Origin: an uncultured Verrucomicrobiota bacterium
GTDB taxonomy: Bacteria > Verrucomicrobiota > Kiritimatiellia > CAIVKH01
Assembly (NCBI GenBank): GCA_937872895.1
Contig: CALMUP010000008.1
Span: 225,613 to 289,612, forward strand
Direction: 5' to 3'
Length of the DNA stretch: 64,000 bases
The notes beneath the pieces are model-generated. The model saw nothing but the letters and a program-made list of their open reading frames with translations. It was not told where the DNA came from and searched no databases. A program made the translations under genes and the position numbers. Shown here in pieces: positions 29,484 through 39,311 of the stretch (positions within the stretch are counted from its first letter, which is position 1; the number at the start of each line of letters is the position of its first letter).

Positions 29484-30364
29484 CGGTGCGTAGCATGACC
29501 GGGTTCGGTCGCGGGCATGCCCAGGCGGATGGACTGCGGGTGGATGTCGAGATCAGCTCGGTCAACCGCAAGCAGCTCGACGTGCTGGTCACGATGCCAC
29601 GGCCGCTCCAGTCGCTCGAGCCGGTGGTGGTCGAGGCGGTGTCCGCTTCGTTGTCGCGCGGGCGGATCCAGGTGGTGGTCACGGTCAAGGCGCTCGCCTC
29701 GCGCGGGGCATCGCCGGTGCAGATCAACACGGCGCTGGCGCGGTCGTGCGTCGCCGAGTTGCGCAAGCTGGCACGGCAGTTGGATCTCGCTCCGGAGATC
29801 AGCATCGGCGAACTGGTGCGGTTGCCGGGGATCATCGACGTGCGTGAGGCCGGGCATGATCCGGAGTCGGTGCAGCCGGTGCTGGTCAAGGCGGTGACCA
29901 AGGCGATCGCGGCGCTCGATGCGATGCGGCAGCGGGAGGGGCGGGCGATGCTTGCCGACCTCAACGGCCGGCTCGCGGGGCTGGAGGGCGCGGTCGGGGT
30001 CATCGCGAAGCGTGCACCGGAGCTGGCGGTGCGGTTCCGCGAGGCGCTGCGGGCGCGGATCCTGGCGGCGGCCACGGGACTTGAGATCGCCGAGGAGCGG
30101 ATCGAGAAGGAGGTCATCCTCTACGCCGACCGGAGCGACATTGCCGAGGAGCTGACCCGGTTGCGCAGTCATTTCGGGCAGGCGCGCGACCTGCTCAAGC
30201 GCCGGGAGCCGGCGGGGCGGGCGCTCGACTTCCTCGCCCAGGAAATTTTCCGCGAGATCAACACCATCGGTTCGAAGGCCGGTGATCCGGTGGTGTCCTC
30301 CCAGGTTGTCACCTTCAAGGCGGAGCTCGAGCGGTTCCGCGAACAAGTGCAGAACATCGAATGA
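29480..30364 (+). CDS. yicC: YicC/YloC family stress-induced protein (DUF1732)
   Basis: [12 protein letters not shown]...[18 protein letters not shown]...[12 protein letters not shown], the YicC signature. The ATG overlaps the trpB stop. Confidence 0.8.
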   Translation: MTVRSMTGFGRGHAQADGLRVDVEISSVNRKQLDVLVTMPRPLQSLEPVVVEAVSASLSRGRIQVVVTVKALASRGASPVQINTALARSCVAELRKLARQLDLAPEISIGELVRLPGIIDVREAGHDPESVQPVLVKAVTKAIAALDAMRQREGRAMLADLNGRLAGLEGAVGVIAKRAPELAVRFREALRARILAAATGLEIAEERIEKEVILYADRSDIAEELTRLRSHFGQARDLLKRREPAGRALDFLAQEIFREINTIGSKAGDPVVSSQVVTFKAELERFREQVQNIE

Positions 30365-30972
30365 TACACCCGGAACCACGCCCGTTGTTGATTGTCATTT
30401 CCGCGCCGTCCGGCACGGGAAAAACCACCTTGTGCGACCGGCTCATCTCCGAGTTCCGCACGATGAAGTACTCGGTCTCCTGTACCACGCGGCAGCCGCG
30501 TGACGGCGAGATCGACGGGGTCGATTACCATTTCCTCAGCGACGAGGTCTTCCAGCAGAAGGTCAGCCAGGGGGCGTTCCTCGAATACGCACAGGTGCAT
30601 GATCACATGTACGGAACGCTCAAGGATGTGGTGGTCGACAACCTCAAGGCGGGCATTGATGTGCTGATGGATATCGATGTGCAGGGTGCATTGCAGATCC
30701 GCAATGCGATCATGGATGCACCGGACAGTGATCCGCTGCGCCGCGCCTACATCGATGTATTCATCGCGCCACCGTCGATCGAGGTATTGCATGCGCGGCT
30801 AAAGGGACGCGGCAAGGATTCCGACGAGGTGATCGAGCGTCGCATGCAACAGGTCGAGAAGGAACTCGCATGCTGGCGCGACTACCAATACTTCATCATC
30901 AATGATCGACTCGATGCAACCTACGATACGTTGCGTTCCATCATCATCGCCGAACATCACCGCTTCGCGTGA
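30361..30972 (+). CDS. gmk: Guanylate kinase
   Basis: LLIVISAPSGTGKTTL P-loop and GMP-binding motifs (SCTTRQPRDGEIDGVDYHF). Overlaps the yicC stop. Confidence 0.9.
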   Translation: MIHPEPRPLLIVISAPSGTGKTTLCDRLISEFRTMKYSVSCTTRQPRDGEIDGVDYHFLSDEVFQQKVSQGAFLEYAQVHDHMYGTLKDVVVDNLKAGIDVLMDIDVQGALQIRNAIMDAPDSDPLRRAYIDVFIAPPSIEVLHARLKGRGKDSDEVIERRMQQVEKELACWRDYQYFIINDRLDATYDTLRSIIIAEHHRFA

Positions 30973-31368
30973 TCGAGAGGACGAATCACATGTCAAAAAA
31001 ATTTTTCATTTTTTTGCATGTCAATGATTGACGTGTCAGCAAAACATTTTTATTGTGTCATCAAGAAATGAAAGTTGCGTGAATGAAGAACGTGCATCAC
31101 ATCTTGCTTTCGATTTGAGTCACTGAACACGCACACCATGTCATCTTACCATCCATCGTTTGGCTTCAACCGCGAAACAATCCACGCAGACGAGTGTGAC
31201 CGGCTCGACAACCGCGCGATCTTGATGAGTGTCCACTCCAACCCGACGACCGAACGTTCCTCCGAGGCTTTGCACGATCTCGTGCGCTAGCGGATCAAGT
31301 TCACCCGAACGGGTACCCCTGTAGGAAACGAAACGAGAACACCAACGATAGAAGGGAGGGAAAAAGAC

Positions 31369-31458
31369 ATGGCCAAGAAGAAAGCAGCCGCCAAGAAGGC
31401 GCCGGCTAAGAAGAAAGCCCCGGCTAAGAAGAAAGCCGCCGCTAAAGCCAAGAAGTAA
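31369..31458 (+). CDS. 29-aa Lys/Ala-rich small basic peptide (MAKKKAAAKKAPAKKKAPAKKKAAAKAKK), histone H1-like tail composition
   Basis: Strong SD GAAGGGAGGG 8 bp upstream of the ATG, followed by a clear hairpin terminator. Sits behind a sharply AT-rich region. Too short for the ORF track. Confidence 0.45.
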   Translation: MAKKKAAAKKAPAKKKAPAKKKAAAKAKK

Positions 31459-31499
31459 GCCGTATTCCCGTACGGTTGACGTTCCCTCGTGGAGCGTCC

Positions 31500-31555
31500 A
31501 ATAAATGACGGTCAGAGACGCCCAACGTCGATGACCGTCATTTGTTATTTATACC
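31500..31555 (+). terminator. Rho-independent terminator-like hairpin (AAATGACGGTCA, loop, TGACCGTCATTT, then T-rich tail)
   Basis: A 12-bp perfect inverted repeat followed by gttatttat, directly downstream of the KA-peptide ORF. Confidence 0.5.
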
Positions 31556-31677
31556 CATAAACCAGGCTGTTGGGCACCGGCAACCACTTTTCCGGACAAC
31601 TTGACAGCACCACGAAATATGGGCTAAAGGGTAGTCATGGCGCCTACATATGGTAGCAGGATCGGAGGGCAGGCCGG

Positions 31678-32133
31678 ATGAGATGTCCCAAATGTGCCCA
31701 CCTGGATGACAAGGTGATCGACAGCCGTTCGGTCCGCAACGGCGATGTCATCCGGCGCCGCCGGGTTTGCCTGCAATGCGGGTTCCGTTTTACCACCTAC
31801 GAGGAGGTCATCAAGACCAGCTTGCGGGTGATCAAGCGCGACGGGCGGCACGAGGAGTTGGACCGGCGCAAGTTGATGAACGGGATTGAGCGGGCGTGCG
31901 AGAAGCGGCCGATCAGTGCGCAACAGATCGAGTCGATCGTGGATACGATTCTGGCCGAGTTGGAGAGCGAGTTTGAGCGCGAGGTGTCGAGCACGGTGAT
32001 TGGCCAGAAGGTGATGGATCAACTGGAGGAGCTCGACGAGGTTGCGTATGTCCGGTTCGCTTCGGTGTATCGTCGGTTCCGCGACGTGAACCAGTTTCTC
32101 AGTGAAGTCGAAGGGTTGATTGGTCGGGAGTAG
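31678..32133 (+). CDS. nrdR: Transcriptional repressor NrdR
   Basis: MRCPKCAHLDDKVIDSRSVRNGDVIRRRRVCLQCGFRFTTYEEV is the NrdR zinc ribbon, and an ATP-cone follows. Confidence 0.9.
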   Translation: MRCPKCAHLDDKVIDSRSVRNGDVIRRRRVCLQCGFRFTTYEEVIKTSLRVIKRDGRHEELDRRKLMNGIERACEKRPISAQQIESIVDTILAELESEFEREVSSTVIGQKVMDQLEELDEVAYVRFASVYRRFRDVNQFLSEVEGLIGRE

Positions 32134-32797
32134 CGCGATGCTATGGCTCGACGATGTTCCGGAAACATGTTCGCGGCACGCCGCGTTGCTTTCCTTTGCC
32201 GAATCGCGTGGCATTGATCCGTCGTTGGCGAGCGATGTGGTGGCCGGGGTGCTGGAGTATTGCCGGTCGCGCCATGGTTCAGATCGGGTGAGTCTTCCCT
32301 ATCTCCGTTTCCTGGTGGCGCGCGCGGCGGCGTCGAGTGGAGGTGTCGCGGGTCGCGAGGCAAGCGGGACTTCGTCTGCATTGACCGAGGCGGAGCGTCA
32401 ACTGACCGGAGCGCTTCAGGCATCGGCCGATCCATCCGCACTCTACGATCTATTCCGCACCGGGGTGCTGATGCCGGTGGCCAGCAACATCGCGGCGTCG
32501 GGATGGGCGCTGCACCTTGATCTCAGGATTCCGGTGGTAACGGCGGCGAGCGATCATGTCCTGGCTTGGTCGAAGGTGGCGGACACCTTGTCGCTGCGGG
32601 TGGCGGAATGGCGGGCTGGCCACCCGGGGATTGACTTGGTCCGGGTCACGCCGGGCGGCCCGTGGTTGACCGGACTGGACGAGGTTCGGCTCTGCCTGGT
32701 GGAGCGGATGGAGCGGGCAGCCGAGCGGGCCGGGCAGGTGCGCCCAATGGTGCTGTGGGTTCCGACGGTGCCGGCCAAGGCGGCGCGTGCGCGTTAA
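32120..32797 (+). CDS. Hypothetical protein
   Basis: 225-aa ORF overlapping the nrdR end. No motif recognised. Coding status is plausible but unproven. Confidence 0.4.
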   Translation: MVGSSAMLWLDDVPETCSRHAALLSFAESRGIDPSLASDVVAGVLEYCRSRHGSDRVSLPYLRFLVARAAASSGGVAGREASGTSSALTEAERQLTGALQASADPSALYDLFRTGVLMPVASNIAASGWALHLDLRIPVVTAASDHVLAWSKVADTLSLRVAEWRAGHPGIDLVRVTPGGPWLTGLDEVRLCLVERMERAAERAGQVRPMVLWVPTVPAKAARAR

Positions 32798-32895
32798 AAC
32801 GGATATTGACAAGGAACGGTCGCATTGGCACAGTGCGCACCTTTGCAAACCGAGGGGCGGTCCACGGACCGGTCCGAGAGCAGGAGAACAGAACC

Positions 32896-33051
32896 ATGAG
32901 CATGCATTCCAGTTTCAAGTCGTCGTCGAAAATCGCGGTCAAGCGCAATGTCCTCAAGCGGTACGAGCGCATCAACCTGATGCTCAAGCGCGGCACGTGG
33001 AAGTCGGGTGACCGGGCCTTGGGTATTCCCAAGACCAAGCAGGACGCCTGA
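32896..33051 (+). CDS. Small basic protein (51 aa; MSMHSSFKSSSKIAVKRNVLKRYERINLMLKRGTWKSGDRALGIPKTKQDA)
   Basis: An internal ATG of ORF 32662..33051 with GGAG upstream. Lys/Arg-rich. Followed by a textbook terminator. Resembles the small basic protein family seen in PVC-group bacteria, assigned from memory only. Confidence 0.5.
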   Translation: MSMHSSFKSSSKIAVKRNVLKRYERINLMLKRGTWKSGDRALGIPKTKQDA

Positions 33052-33074
33052 TCTTCCGCCTACGCGGAGCACGA

Positions 33075-33109
33075 AAAACCCCGTCCGGATCCGGACGGGG
33101 TTTTTTGTT
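33075..33109 (+). terminator. Rho-independent terminator (AAAACCCCGTCCGGATCCGGACGGGGTTTTTTGTT)
   Basis: Perfect GC-rich stem followed by a T6 run. Confidence 0.65.
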
Positions 33110-33167
33110 GCCCGCATCCGGCGTCGGGCGCGGAGCGGGGATGGGATGGGAGGGGCGGGCGGGCGGG

Positions 33168-33596
33168 TCAGATGCGCTTGTCGATGAAATGTTCGGTGAT
33201 GTAGCCGCAGGCGCGTTCGAGGTTCGGGAGGATTTTGGTGCAGAAGCGGACCATCCACGGGCTGCAGTCCTGGAAGGTGAAGGGGGAGAAGGCGACAACG
33301 AACTTCTTCAGCTCGTGCGAGGCGTAGAAGACTTCCATCGAGGTGCCGATGGAGTTCTTGCTGTAGTTCACGAGGATAATGTCGGCGTCGCGGATATCCT
33401 GCAGGTCGAACTCGACGATCTCGTTCGCACTGTCCACTTCGCGGTCCTTGAAATTGCGGCGCATCGGGTCGAGCAGGACGAAATGTTGCTTCAGCAGTTC
33501 GGTGGCCTTTTCGCGCCAGGCCCGGGCTTCACCTTCGTGTTCGTCCATGATGGGACCGCACAGGTAGATCTTCTTCTTTGTGTTCGGGGTGGTCAT
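33168..33596 (-). CDS. Nucleoside 2-deoxyribosyltransferase-like family protein
   Basis: KKIYLCGPIMDEHEGEARAWREKA...ADIILVNYSK...GTSMEVFYA pattern of the NDT/Rossmann-like hydrolase fold. Start moved to MTTPNTKKK. Confidence 0.6.
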   Translation of the reverse strand: MTTPNTKKKIYLCGPIMDEHEGEARAWREKATELLKQHFVLLDPMRRNFKDREVDSANEIVEFDLQDIRDADIILVNYSKNSIGTSMEVFYASHELKKFVVAFSPFTFQDCSPWMVRFCTKILPNLERACGYITEHFIDKRI

Positions 33597-33813
33597 AGGT
33601 ATGTTCCGCTGGTTCATTGGTTCATTTTCGTGCCGGGGTCCACAAGTACCTGTTTCATCCGCGGCTGTTCAAGCCTTATCCATGCCGGAACCGGGGTTGG
33701 GCGTCCGGCGCAGCGGTGGCGGTGTGGTGACGGGGTTCAGCCTGTGCTTGCGCTTGGTGGAAAATCCGTTACAAGAGTTGGGTTTACGTGATTACCAAGA
33801 ATGATATGCGAGG

Positions 33814-35538
33814 TTGAACGTGCGCTGGAGCAAACAATTTATTCCCACCTTGCGGGAGGTTCCGCAGGAAGCCGAGATCCCGAGCCATCAGTTGATGCTG
33901 CGCGCGGGGCTGATCCGCAAGTTGAGCGGCGGGTTGTACACCTTCCTCCCGCTGGGGGTGCGGGCATTGCGCAAGGTCGAGCGGATCGTGCGCGAGGAGA
34001 TGGATCGGGCGGGGGCGCTGGAGATTTTGATGCCGGCCTTGCAGCCGCAGGAGATCTGGGAGGAGTCGGGGCGGTTCGAGGTGCTCAAGCATGTGATGTT
34101 CCGGATGAAGGACCGGCAGGACCGGCCGATGGTGCTCGGGCCGACACACGAGGAGGTCGTGACCGGTCTGGCCGTCAATGAGATCAATTCCTACCGCCAG
34201 TTGCCGCGCAACTTCTACCAGATCCAGACGAAGTTCCGTGACGAGATCCGTCCGCGGTTCGGCCTGATGCGCGCGAAGGAGTTCATCATGAAGGACGCCT
34301 ACAGCTTCGACATCGGCTGGGACGAGGCCGATGTCAGCTACAAGGCGATGTACGAGGCGTATGTGCGGATCTTCCAGCGGTGCGGGCTGCGGGTGAAGGT
34401 GGTCGAGGCCGACACCGGGGCGATGGGCGGCAAGTCGTCGCACGAGTTCATGGTGCTGGCCGACGCGGGCGAGGACGGACTGGTCGAGTGCGACACCTGT
34501 TCCTACGCGGCCAACCTCGAGCAGGCGGTGGGCCGGGTGGTGCGGGTGCTGCAGTTCGGCGATGCGGCGGCGGTGCCGACGCCGGTGGCCACGCCGAACC
34601 GGCGCACCATCGAGGAGGTTTCCTCGTTGCTGAAGGTGCCGGCCGCGCAGTTCATCAAGACATTGATCTACGCCAGCGGCGACCAGGTCACGGCGGTGCT
34701 GGTGCCGGGTGACCGCGAGGTCAACGAGATCAAGTTGCGCAAGCTGATCGGCGCGGGTGCGGAACTGGCCACGCCCGAGGTCATCCGCCAGGTCACCGGG
34801 GCGCCGGTGGGATTTGCCGGGCCGATCGGCCTCACGATTCCGGTTATTGCCGATCTCGGCCTCAAGGATGCGTACGGGATGATTACCGGCGGCAACCAGG
34901 CGGATGTGCACCTCAAAGGCGTGAACATGATGCGCGATGTACCGCAGGCTCGGTACGAGGATGTGGTCAACGCCAAGGGGGGCGATGGCTGCCCGAGGTG
35001 CGGCGGCACGCTCAAGGAGGCGCGCGGTATCGAGGTCGGCCATGTGTTCAAACTTGGCACGAAGTACAGCGAGAAGCTGGGGGCAACGTTCCTGGATGCG
35101 CAGGGCGGGAAGCAGACGATGGTGATGGGATGCTACGGCATCGGGGTCACGCGCACGCTCCAGTCGGTGATTGAACAGAGTCACGATGCGCAGGGAATCA
35201 TCTGGCCGGTGTCGATTGCGCCGTACCAGGTGGCGGTCATGGCGATCAACGCAGGGCATGCCCCGAGTGTCGAAGTCGTGGAAAAGCTGGTTGAAGGGTT
35301 GTCGGCCGTCGGGGTGGATGTTGTGTACGACGACCGCGACGAGCGGCCGGGCGTAAAGTTCAAGGATGCGGATCTGGTCGGTATTCCGGTCCGGGTCTGT
35401 GTGGGAGAGCGGTCACTGGCCAAGGGTGAGGTGGAGATCAAGGTCCGGAAAACCGGGGAGGTTTCGTTTGCTCCGGTGGACCAGGCCATCACGCGGGTTG
35501 TGGAATTGATCCGGCAGCTGGACACGCCGCCGGTTTGA
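33814..35538 (+). CDS. proS: Proline--tRNA ligase (bacterial type with editing INS domain)
   Basis: (M)NVRWSKQFIPTLREVPQEAEIPSHQLMLRAGLIRKL aligns to the ProRS N-terminus, and class II motifs are present throughout. Start is TTG at 33814 or GTG at 33820. Confidence 0.95.
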   Translation: MNVRWSKQFIPTLREVPQEAEIPSHQLMLRAGLIRKLSGGLYTFLPLGVRALRKVERIVREEMDRAGALEILMPALQPQEIWEESGRFEVLKHVMFRMKDRQDRPMVLGPTHEEVVTGLAVNEINSYRQLPRNFYQIQTKFRDEIRPRFGLMRAKEFIMKDAYSFDIGWDEADVSYKAMYEAYVRIFQRCGLRVKVVEADTGAMGGKSSHEFMVLADAGEDGLVECDTCSYAANLEQAVGRVVRVLQFGDAAAVPTPVATPNRRTIEEVSSLLKVPAAQFIKTLIYASGDQVTAVLVPGDREVNEIKLRKLIGAGAELATPEVIRQVTGAPVGFAGPIGLTIPVIADLGLKDAYGMITGGNQADVHLKGVNMMRDVPQARYEDVVNAKGGDGCPRCGGTLKEARGIEVGHVFKLGTKYSEKLGATFLDAQGGKQTMVMGCYGIGVTRTLQSVIEQSHDAQGIIWPVSIAPYQVAVMAINAGHAPSVEVVEKLVEGLSAVGVDVVYDDRDERPGVKFKDADLVGIPVRVCVGERSLAKGEVEIKVRKTGEVSFAPVDQAITRVVELIRQLDTPPV

Positions 35539-35548
35539 GGAGGCTACC

Positions 35549-35809
35549 ATGCCGAGGACATACGACGTCAAGGGAACGCGGGAATACCTGTATTGGTCGG
35601 TTGGATTGGGATTGCTGACGATCTGGGCGATCCGGGACGGTTGGGCCGGGTATTGGGCTTCGATCGGATTGGAAACCTTCGTCAGCAATATTATCCGGAA
35701 ATACCCGGACTACCCAAACGAAAGCTTCTACATGTTTAACCGGATCCTAACATTCGTCGCCGGGATCGCATCGCTCGTGTGCGGTGTCATCCACCGGATT
35801 GTCAGGTAA
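35549..35809 (+). CDS. Small hypothetical membrane protein
   Basis: 86-aa ORF 10 bp after proS with two hydrophobic segments. Confidence 0.4.
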   Translation: MPRTYDVKGTREYLYWSVGLGLLTIWAIRDGWAGYWASIGLETFVSNIIRKYPDYPNESFYMFNRILTFVAGIASLVCGVIHRIVR

Positions 35810-35953
35810 GGCTGTACCTTATTTTTTCCTAAACTTCCGACCACTCGGTCTTGACCCGGATTCTGATTCGTATAGTATTGCTAGCAGGTAAGTTAAACAC
35901 CGGGCACGCGGCGCAGGGCGAATGATCAGCACAAGGAAATGGGGGAAGGCACC

Positions 35954-36280
35954 ATGACAAAGCGGGATCTTGTAGTTCGAATATCCGAAGAGACCGGACT
36001 GATTCAGCAGGACGTGTACACGATTATCCAGAAGACGCTGGATTATATTGTGGAAGGACTGACGAAGGGCGAGACGATCGAGTTTCGCAACTTCGGCGTT
36101 TTTGAAGTGCGCACGCGCAAGCAGCGCATCGGGCGCAACCCGAACAAGCCTGTACAGGTGGTGACGATTCCCGAGCGCAAGGTCGTGAAATTCAAGCCGG
36201 GCAAGATCATGAAGCAGTTGATCACCGATCGTCCGGCCGCGCCGGGTGAGGTGGCTGCTCCGTCGTCGAGCGACGACTGA
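35954..36280 (+). CDS. HU/IHF family DNA-binding protein
   Basis: MTKRDLVVRISEETGL...FRNFGVFEVRTRKQRIGRNPNKPVQVVTIPERKVVKFKPGK is the HU/IHF arm motif. GGGGGAAGG SD upstream. Confidence 0.85.
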   Translation: MTKRDLVVRISEETGLIQQDVYTIIQKTLDYIVEGLTKGETIEFRNFGVFEVRTRKQRIGRNPNKPVQVVTIPERKVVKFKPGKIMKQLITDRPAAPGEVAAPSSSDD

Positions 36281-36284
36281 CCGC

Positions 36285-37553
36285 ATGGCTTCTGACGAGT
36301 TCCAACCGATTCAGGGTATGTCCGATGTGGCATACCCTGAAATTGTTTTATGGCAGCGTCTCGAGGAGACCGCGCGCCGCATCCTTTCCCTCTACGGATT
36401 TTCCGAGGTCCGCACGCCGGTGGTGGAGAAGCGGGTGGTGTTCGACCGTTCGCTGGGCGACACGACGGACATCGTGCAGAAGGAAATGTACCAGTTCGAG
36501 GATGCCGGTGGACGTCCGCTGGTGTTGCGGCCTGAGGGAACGGCGGGTATCACGCGGTTTATTGCCGGACTTGGCCAGGAGGGCCACGGGGCGCGGGTGT
36601 ATTACGTCGGACCGATGTTCCGTCGCGAGCGGCCGCAGGCCGGGCGCAAGCGCCAGTTCCACCAGTTCGGGGCCGAGTCGATCGGTGCGCCGAATCCTCA
36701 TGCCGATGCGGAGATCATCGCGATGCAGGTGCATCTGCTGCGCGCGTGGGGATTGAAGGACTTCCGGGTGCGCATCAACACGCGGGGCACGGCGGAAGAC
36801 CGGCAGGCGGTGCAGGCGGGCTTGCGGCAGCGGCTTGAGGCAGTCGCGAGCCGGTTGTGCGAGGATTGCCAGCGGCGGCTCACCACGAACGTGCTGCGGG
36901 TGCTGGACTGCAAGAATCCGGGTTGCCGGGCGGTGGTGGCGGAGCTTCCGCCGATGACGTCGTTCATGGCGGATTCATCGCGCGCCTACCTCGAGGATGT
37001 GGTGCGGGTGATCCGTCACCTGGAGCTCGAAGTGCAGGTGGATCCGACCTTGGTTCGTGGGCTCGATTATTACCAGCACACGGTGTGGGAGATCGCGCAT
37101 CACGGGCTCGGCGCGCAGGATGCGATCGGCGCGGGCGGGCGGTACGCCATCACGATGGGCAACCGGGTGATTGACGGGGTTGGTTTCGCGATGGGGCTCG
37201 AACGCATCATCATGGCGCTCACCGCGGAGCAGGGGGCGTTCGTGCCGCCGGCGGTTCCACTGGTCTGGATGGTCAGCGCCGATGCGGCGCTGCTGGATGT
37301 GCACCTGCAACTGGTACAGGCGTTGCGGTTGCGCGGGATCGTGTGCGGGATCGACCTTGATCGCCGAAGCGTGAAGGCGCAAATGAAGGCGGCGGGCAAA
37401 GCCGGGGCGCGCTGGGTAATCCTGCACGGCGCGGCCGAGCAGGAGAATGGCACATTCCAGTTGAAGGACATGGAGAGCGGCAAGCAGGACGAGGTGTCCA
37501 TGCCCGAGCTGCTTGAACGGCTGAATCCGGCCGTGTTGCACGCGCTGGGTTGA
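36285..37553 (+). CDS. hisS: Histidine--tRNA ligase
   Basis: MASDEFQPIQGMSDVAYPEIVLWQRLEETARR...LRPEGTAGITR...GGGRYA, canonical HisRS. Confidence 0.95.
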   Translation: MASDEFQPIQGMSDVAYPEIVLWQRLEETARRILSLYGFSEVRTPVVEKRVVFDRSLGDTTDIVQKEMYQFEDAGGRPLVLRPEGTAGITRFIAGLGQEGHGARVYYVGPMFRRERPQAGRKRQFHQFGAESIGAPNPHADAEIIAMQVHLLRAWGLKDFRVRINTRGTAEDRQAVQAGLRQRLEAVASRLCEDCQRRLTTNVLRVLDCKNPGCRAVVAELPPMTSFMADSSRAYLEDVVRVIRHLELEVQVDPTLVRGLDYYQHTVWEIAHHGLGAQDAIGAGGRYAITMGNRVIDGVGFAMGLERIIMALTAEQGAFVPPAVPLVWMVSADAALLDVHLQLVQALRLRGIVCGIDLDRRSVKAQMKAAGKAGARWVILHGAAEQENGTFQLKDMESGKQDEVSMPELLERLNPAVLHALG

Positions 37554-37564
37554 GGAGCCTCGCC

Positions 37565-38863
37565 ATGCACCCGGGCCTGATGGATGTGGCGCGCGGTTTG
37601 TTCGGCATGGTGGCGTTGATCGCGATCGCCTGGGTATTCAGCGTAAACCGGAAGCGCATCCACTGGCGGTTGGTCGTTTCCGGAACGCTGTTGCAAGTGG
37701 TCATCGCCTGGCTGGTCATCAAGGTTCCGGCGGTGCGCGCAGGTTTTGAGCAGGTTTCCCGTTTCTTCATCGAACTGATGGCGTTCTCGCGGGCCGGGGC
37801 GGAGTTCCTGTTCGGCGGTTTGATGAACCCCGACACGATGGGGTTCATTTTCGCCTTCCAGGTGCTGCCCACGATTGTGTTCTTCTCGGCGCTCACCTCC
37901 GCCCTGTACTACCTCAACATCCTGCAGTGGGTGGTCTATGCCTTCGCATGGATCATGCACCGGACGATGCGGTTGTCGGGCGCGGAAAGCCTGGCGGCGG
38001 CGGCGAACATCTTTGTGGGCCAGACCGAAGCGCCGCTGGTGGTGAAACCCTACCTGGAGCGGATGACGCGTTCGGAGATGTTGTCGTTAATGACCGGAGG
38101 CATGGCGACGATCGCGGGCGCAGTGCTCGTGGCGTACATCGGCATCCTGGGCGGCGGGGATCCGGAACAGATGCAGTACTTCGCGACGCACCTGCTCATC
38201 GCCTCGATCATCTCGGCCCCGGCGGCCTTGATGACGGCCAAGATCATGCTGCCCGAGACGGAGGAGGTGGACCGCAACCTCGATGTGCCGCGGCATTCGA
38301 TGGGCGGAAACCTGCTCGACGCGATCGCCACGGGGACGTCGCAGGGGATCAAGCTGGCGGTCAATGTCGCGGCGATGCTGCTGGTGTTCACGGCGATGAT
38401 CGCACTGGTGAACTACCTGATGGGTGACCTTCTGGGCGAGGCCAGCGGGCTCAACGCGCGCATCGCGGCATGGAGCGGGGGGCGGTACGACACGTTGTCG
38501 CTGCAGGTCGTGCTCGGCCTGTTGTTCGCGCCGGTGGCGTGGCTTATTGGCGTTCCGGGCGGTGATCTGTTGACGGTCGGGCAGTTGCTGGGCGAGAAGA
38601 CGATCCTCAACGAGTTTTATGCGTATGTCACCTTCGGCCAGCTCAAGGAGGCGGGGGTGATCGTCTCGCCGAAAAGCATCCTGATCACCACCTATGCCTT
38701 GTGCGGATTCGCCAACGTCGCCTCGATCGGGATCCAGCTTGGCGGCATCAGCGCGCTGGCCCCGGGGCAGCGGATGACGCTGGCGCAACTCGGCGTCAAG
38801 GCGCTCATCGCCGGGACGATCGCCTCGCTGCTCACGGCGTGCGTGGCGGGGATGCTGGTGTAA
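37565..38863 (+). CDS. nupC: NupC/CNT family concentrative nucleoside transporter
   Basis: Polytopic membrane protein with CNT family blocks (FAFQVLPTIVFFSALTSALYYLNILQWVV; GFANVASIGIQLGGISALAP). Start at the ATG 8 bp after a GAGGAG SD; the ORF-track start at 37550 is TTG. Confidence 0.85.
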   Translation: MHPGLMDVARGLFGMVALIAIAWVFSVNRKRIHWRLVVSGTLLQVVIAWLVIKVPAVRAGFEQVSRFFIELMAFSRAGAEFLFGGLMNPDTMGFIFAFQVLPTIVFFSALTSALYYLNILQWVVYAFAWIMHRTMRLSGAESLAAAANIFVGQTEAPLVVKPYLERMTRSEMLSLMTGGMATIAGAVLVAYIGILGGGDPEQMQYFATHLLIASIISAPAALMTAKIMLPETEEVDRNLDVPRHSMGGNLLDAIATGTSQGIKLAVNVAAMLLVFTAMIALVNYLMGDLLGEASGLNARIAAWSGGRYDTLSLQVVLGLLFAPVAWLIGVPGGDLLTVGQLLGEKTILNEFYAYVTFGQLKEAGVIVSPKSILITTYALCGFANVASIGIQLGGISALAPGQRMTLAQLGVKALIAGTIASLLTACVAGMLV

Positions 38864-38933
38864 TTCGGTGTAGGTCTTTCGTGTGCCTGCAATGCAGCAT
38901 TCCACCCGCTACGCGGGGCGTTGTGGTCAGTGA

Positions 38934-39311
38934 TCAACGAATGATGTGAACTGGAATCGGTAAAGCGAGGCTCGCCCATTGGCGGTCAGCCGACATTGCG
39001 GGTAGGCCGCGGGCCATGGCGAGGGCCAGGCATGCCCGGTCACCCAGCGACAAGCCCAGCGCATCGGTTTGACGGCGCAAGGTCGCGGTCATGACGGCAT
39101 CGTCGATGTCGAAGGCAACAATCTCCAAACCTGACGCGCAAATGCGGCGACTGATCACGAGCGGGTCGTGTCCATCGCGGGTAAAACGGCCAAGCACTTC
39201 GGACAGATTCACCGATGACATACAGCCGGTGCCGATCTCCGGTGCGACCTGTTCATGGCCGGTCTCCCGAAAAAGAAACGCCAGCAACGCGGATGCATCA
39301 AGAACCATCAT
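38934..39311 (-). CDS. vapC: Type II toxin-antitoxin system VapC-family toxin (PIN domain)
   Basis: MMVLDASALLAFL...DRACLALAMARGLPAMSADRQW shows the PIN-domain acidic residues. Overlaps the upstream antitoxin gene by 4 bp. Confidence 0.8.
   Translation of the reverse strand: MMVLDASALLAFLFRETGHEQVAPEIGTGCMSSVNLSEVLGRFTRDGHDPLVISRRICASGLEIVAFDIDDAVMTATLRRQTDALGLSLGDRACLALAMARGLPAMSADRQWASLALPIPVHIIR

Noticed and set aside
31138-31290. Possible 50-aa ORF (MSSYHPSFGFNRETIHADECDRLDNRAILMSVHSNPTTERSSEALHDLVR) in the gmk-to-KA-peptide intergenic region
   Set aside because: No SD, no recognisable motif, and its composition is not distinctive. It is more likely part of a 5' UTR or regulatory region, and is left uncalled.
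35840-35880. Sigma70-like promoter (TTGACC ... TATAGT) upstream of the HU gene
   Set aside because: The spacer is only about 14 bp by my count, so the call is too uncertain to list as a feature.
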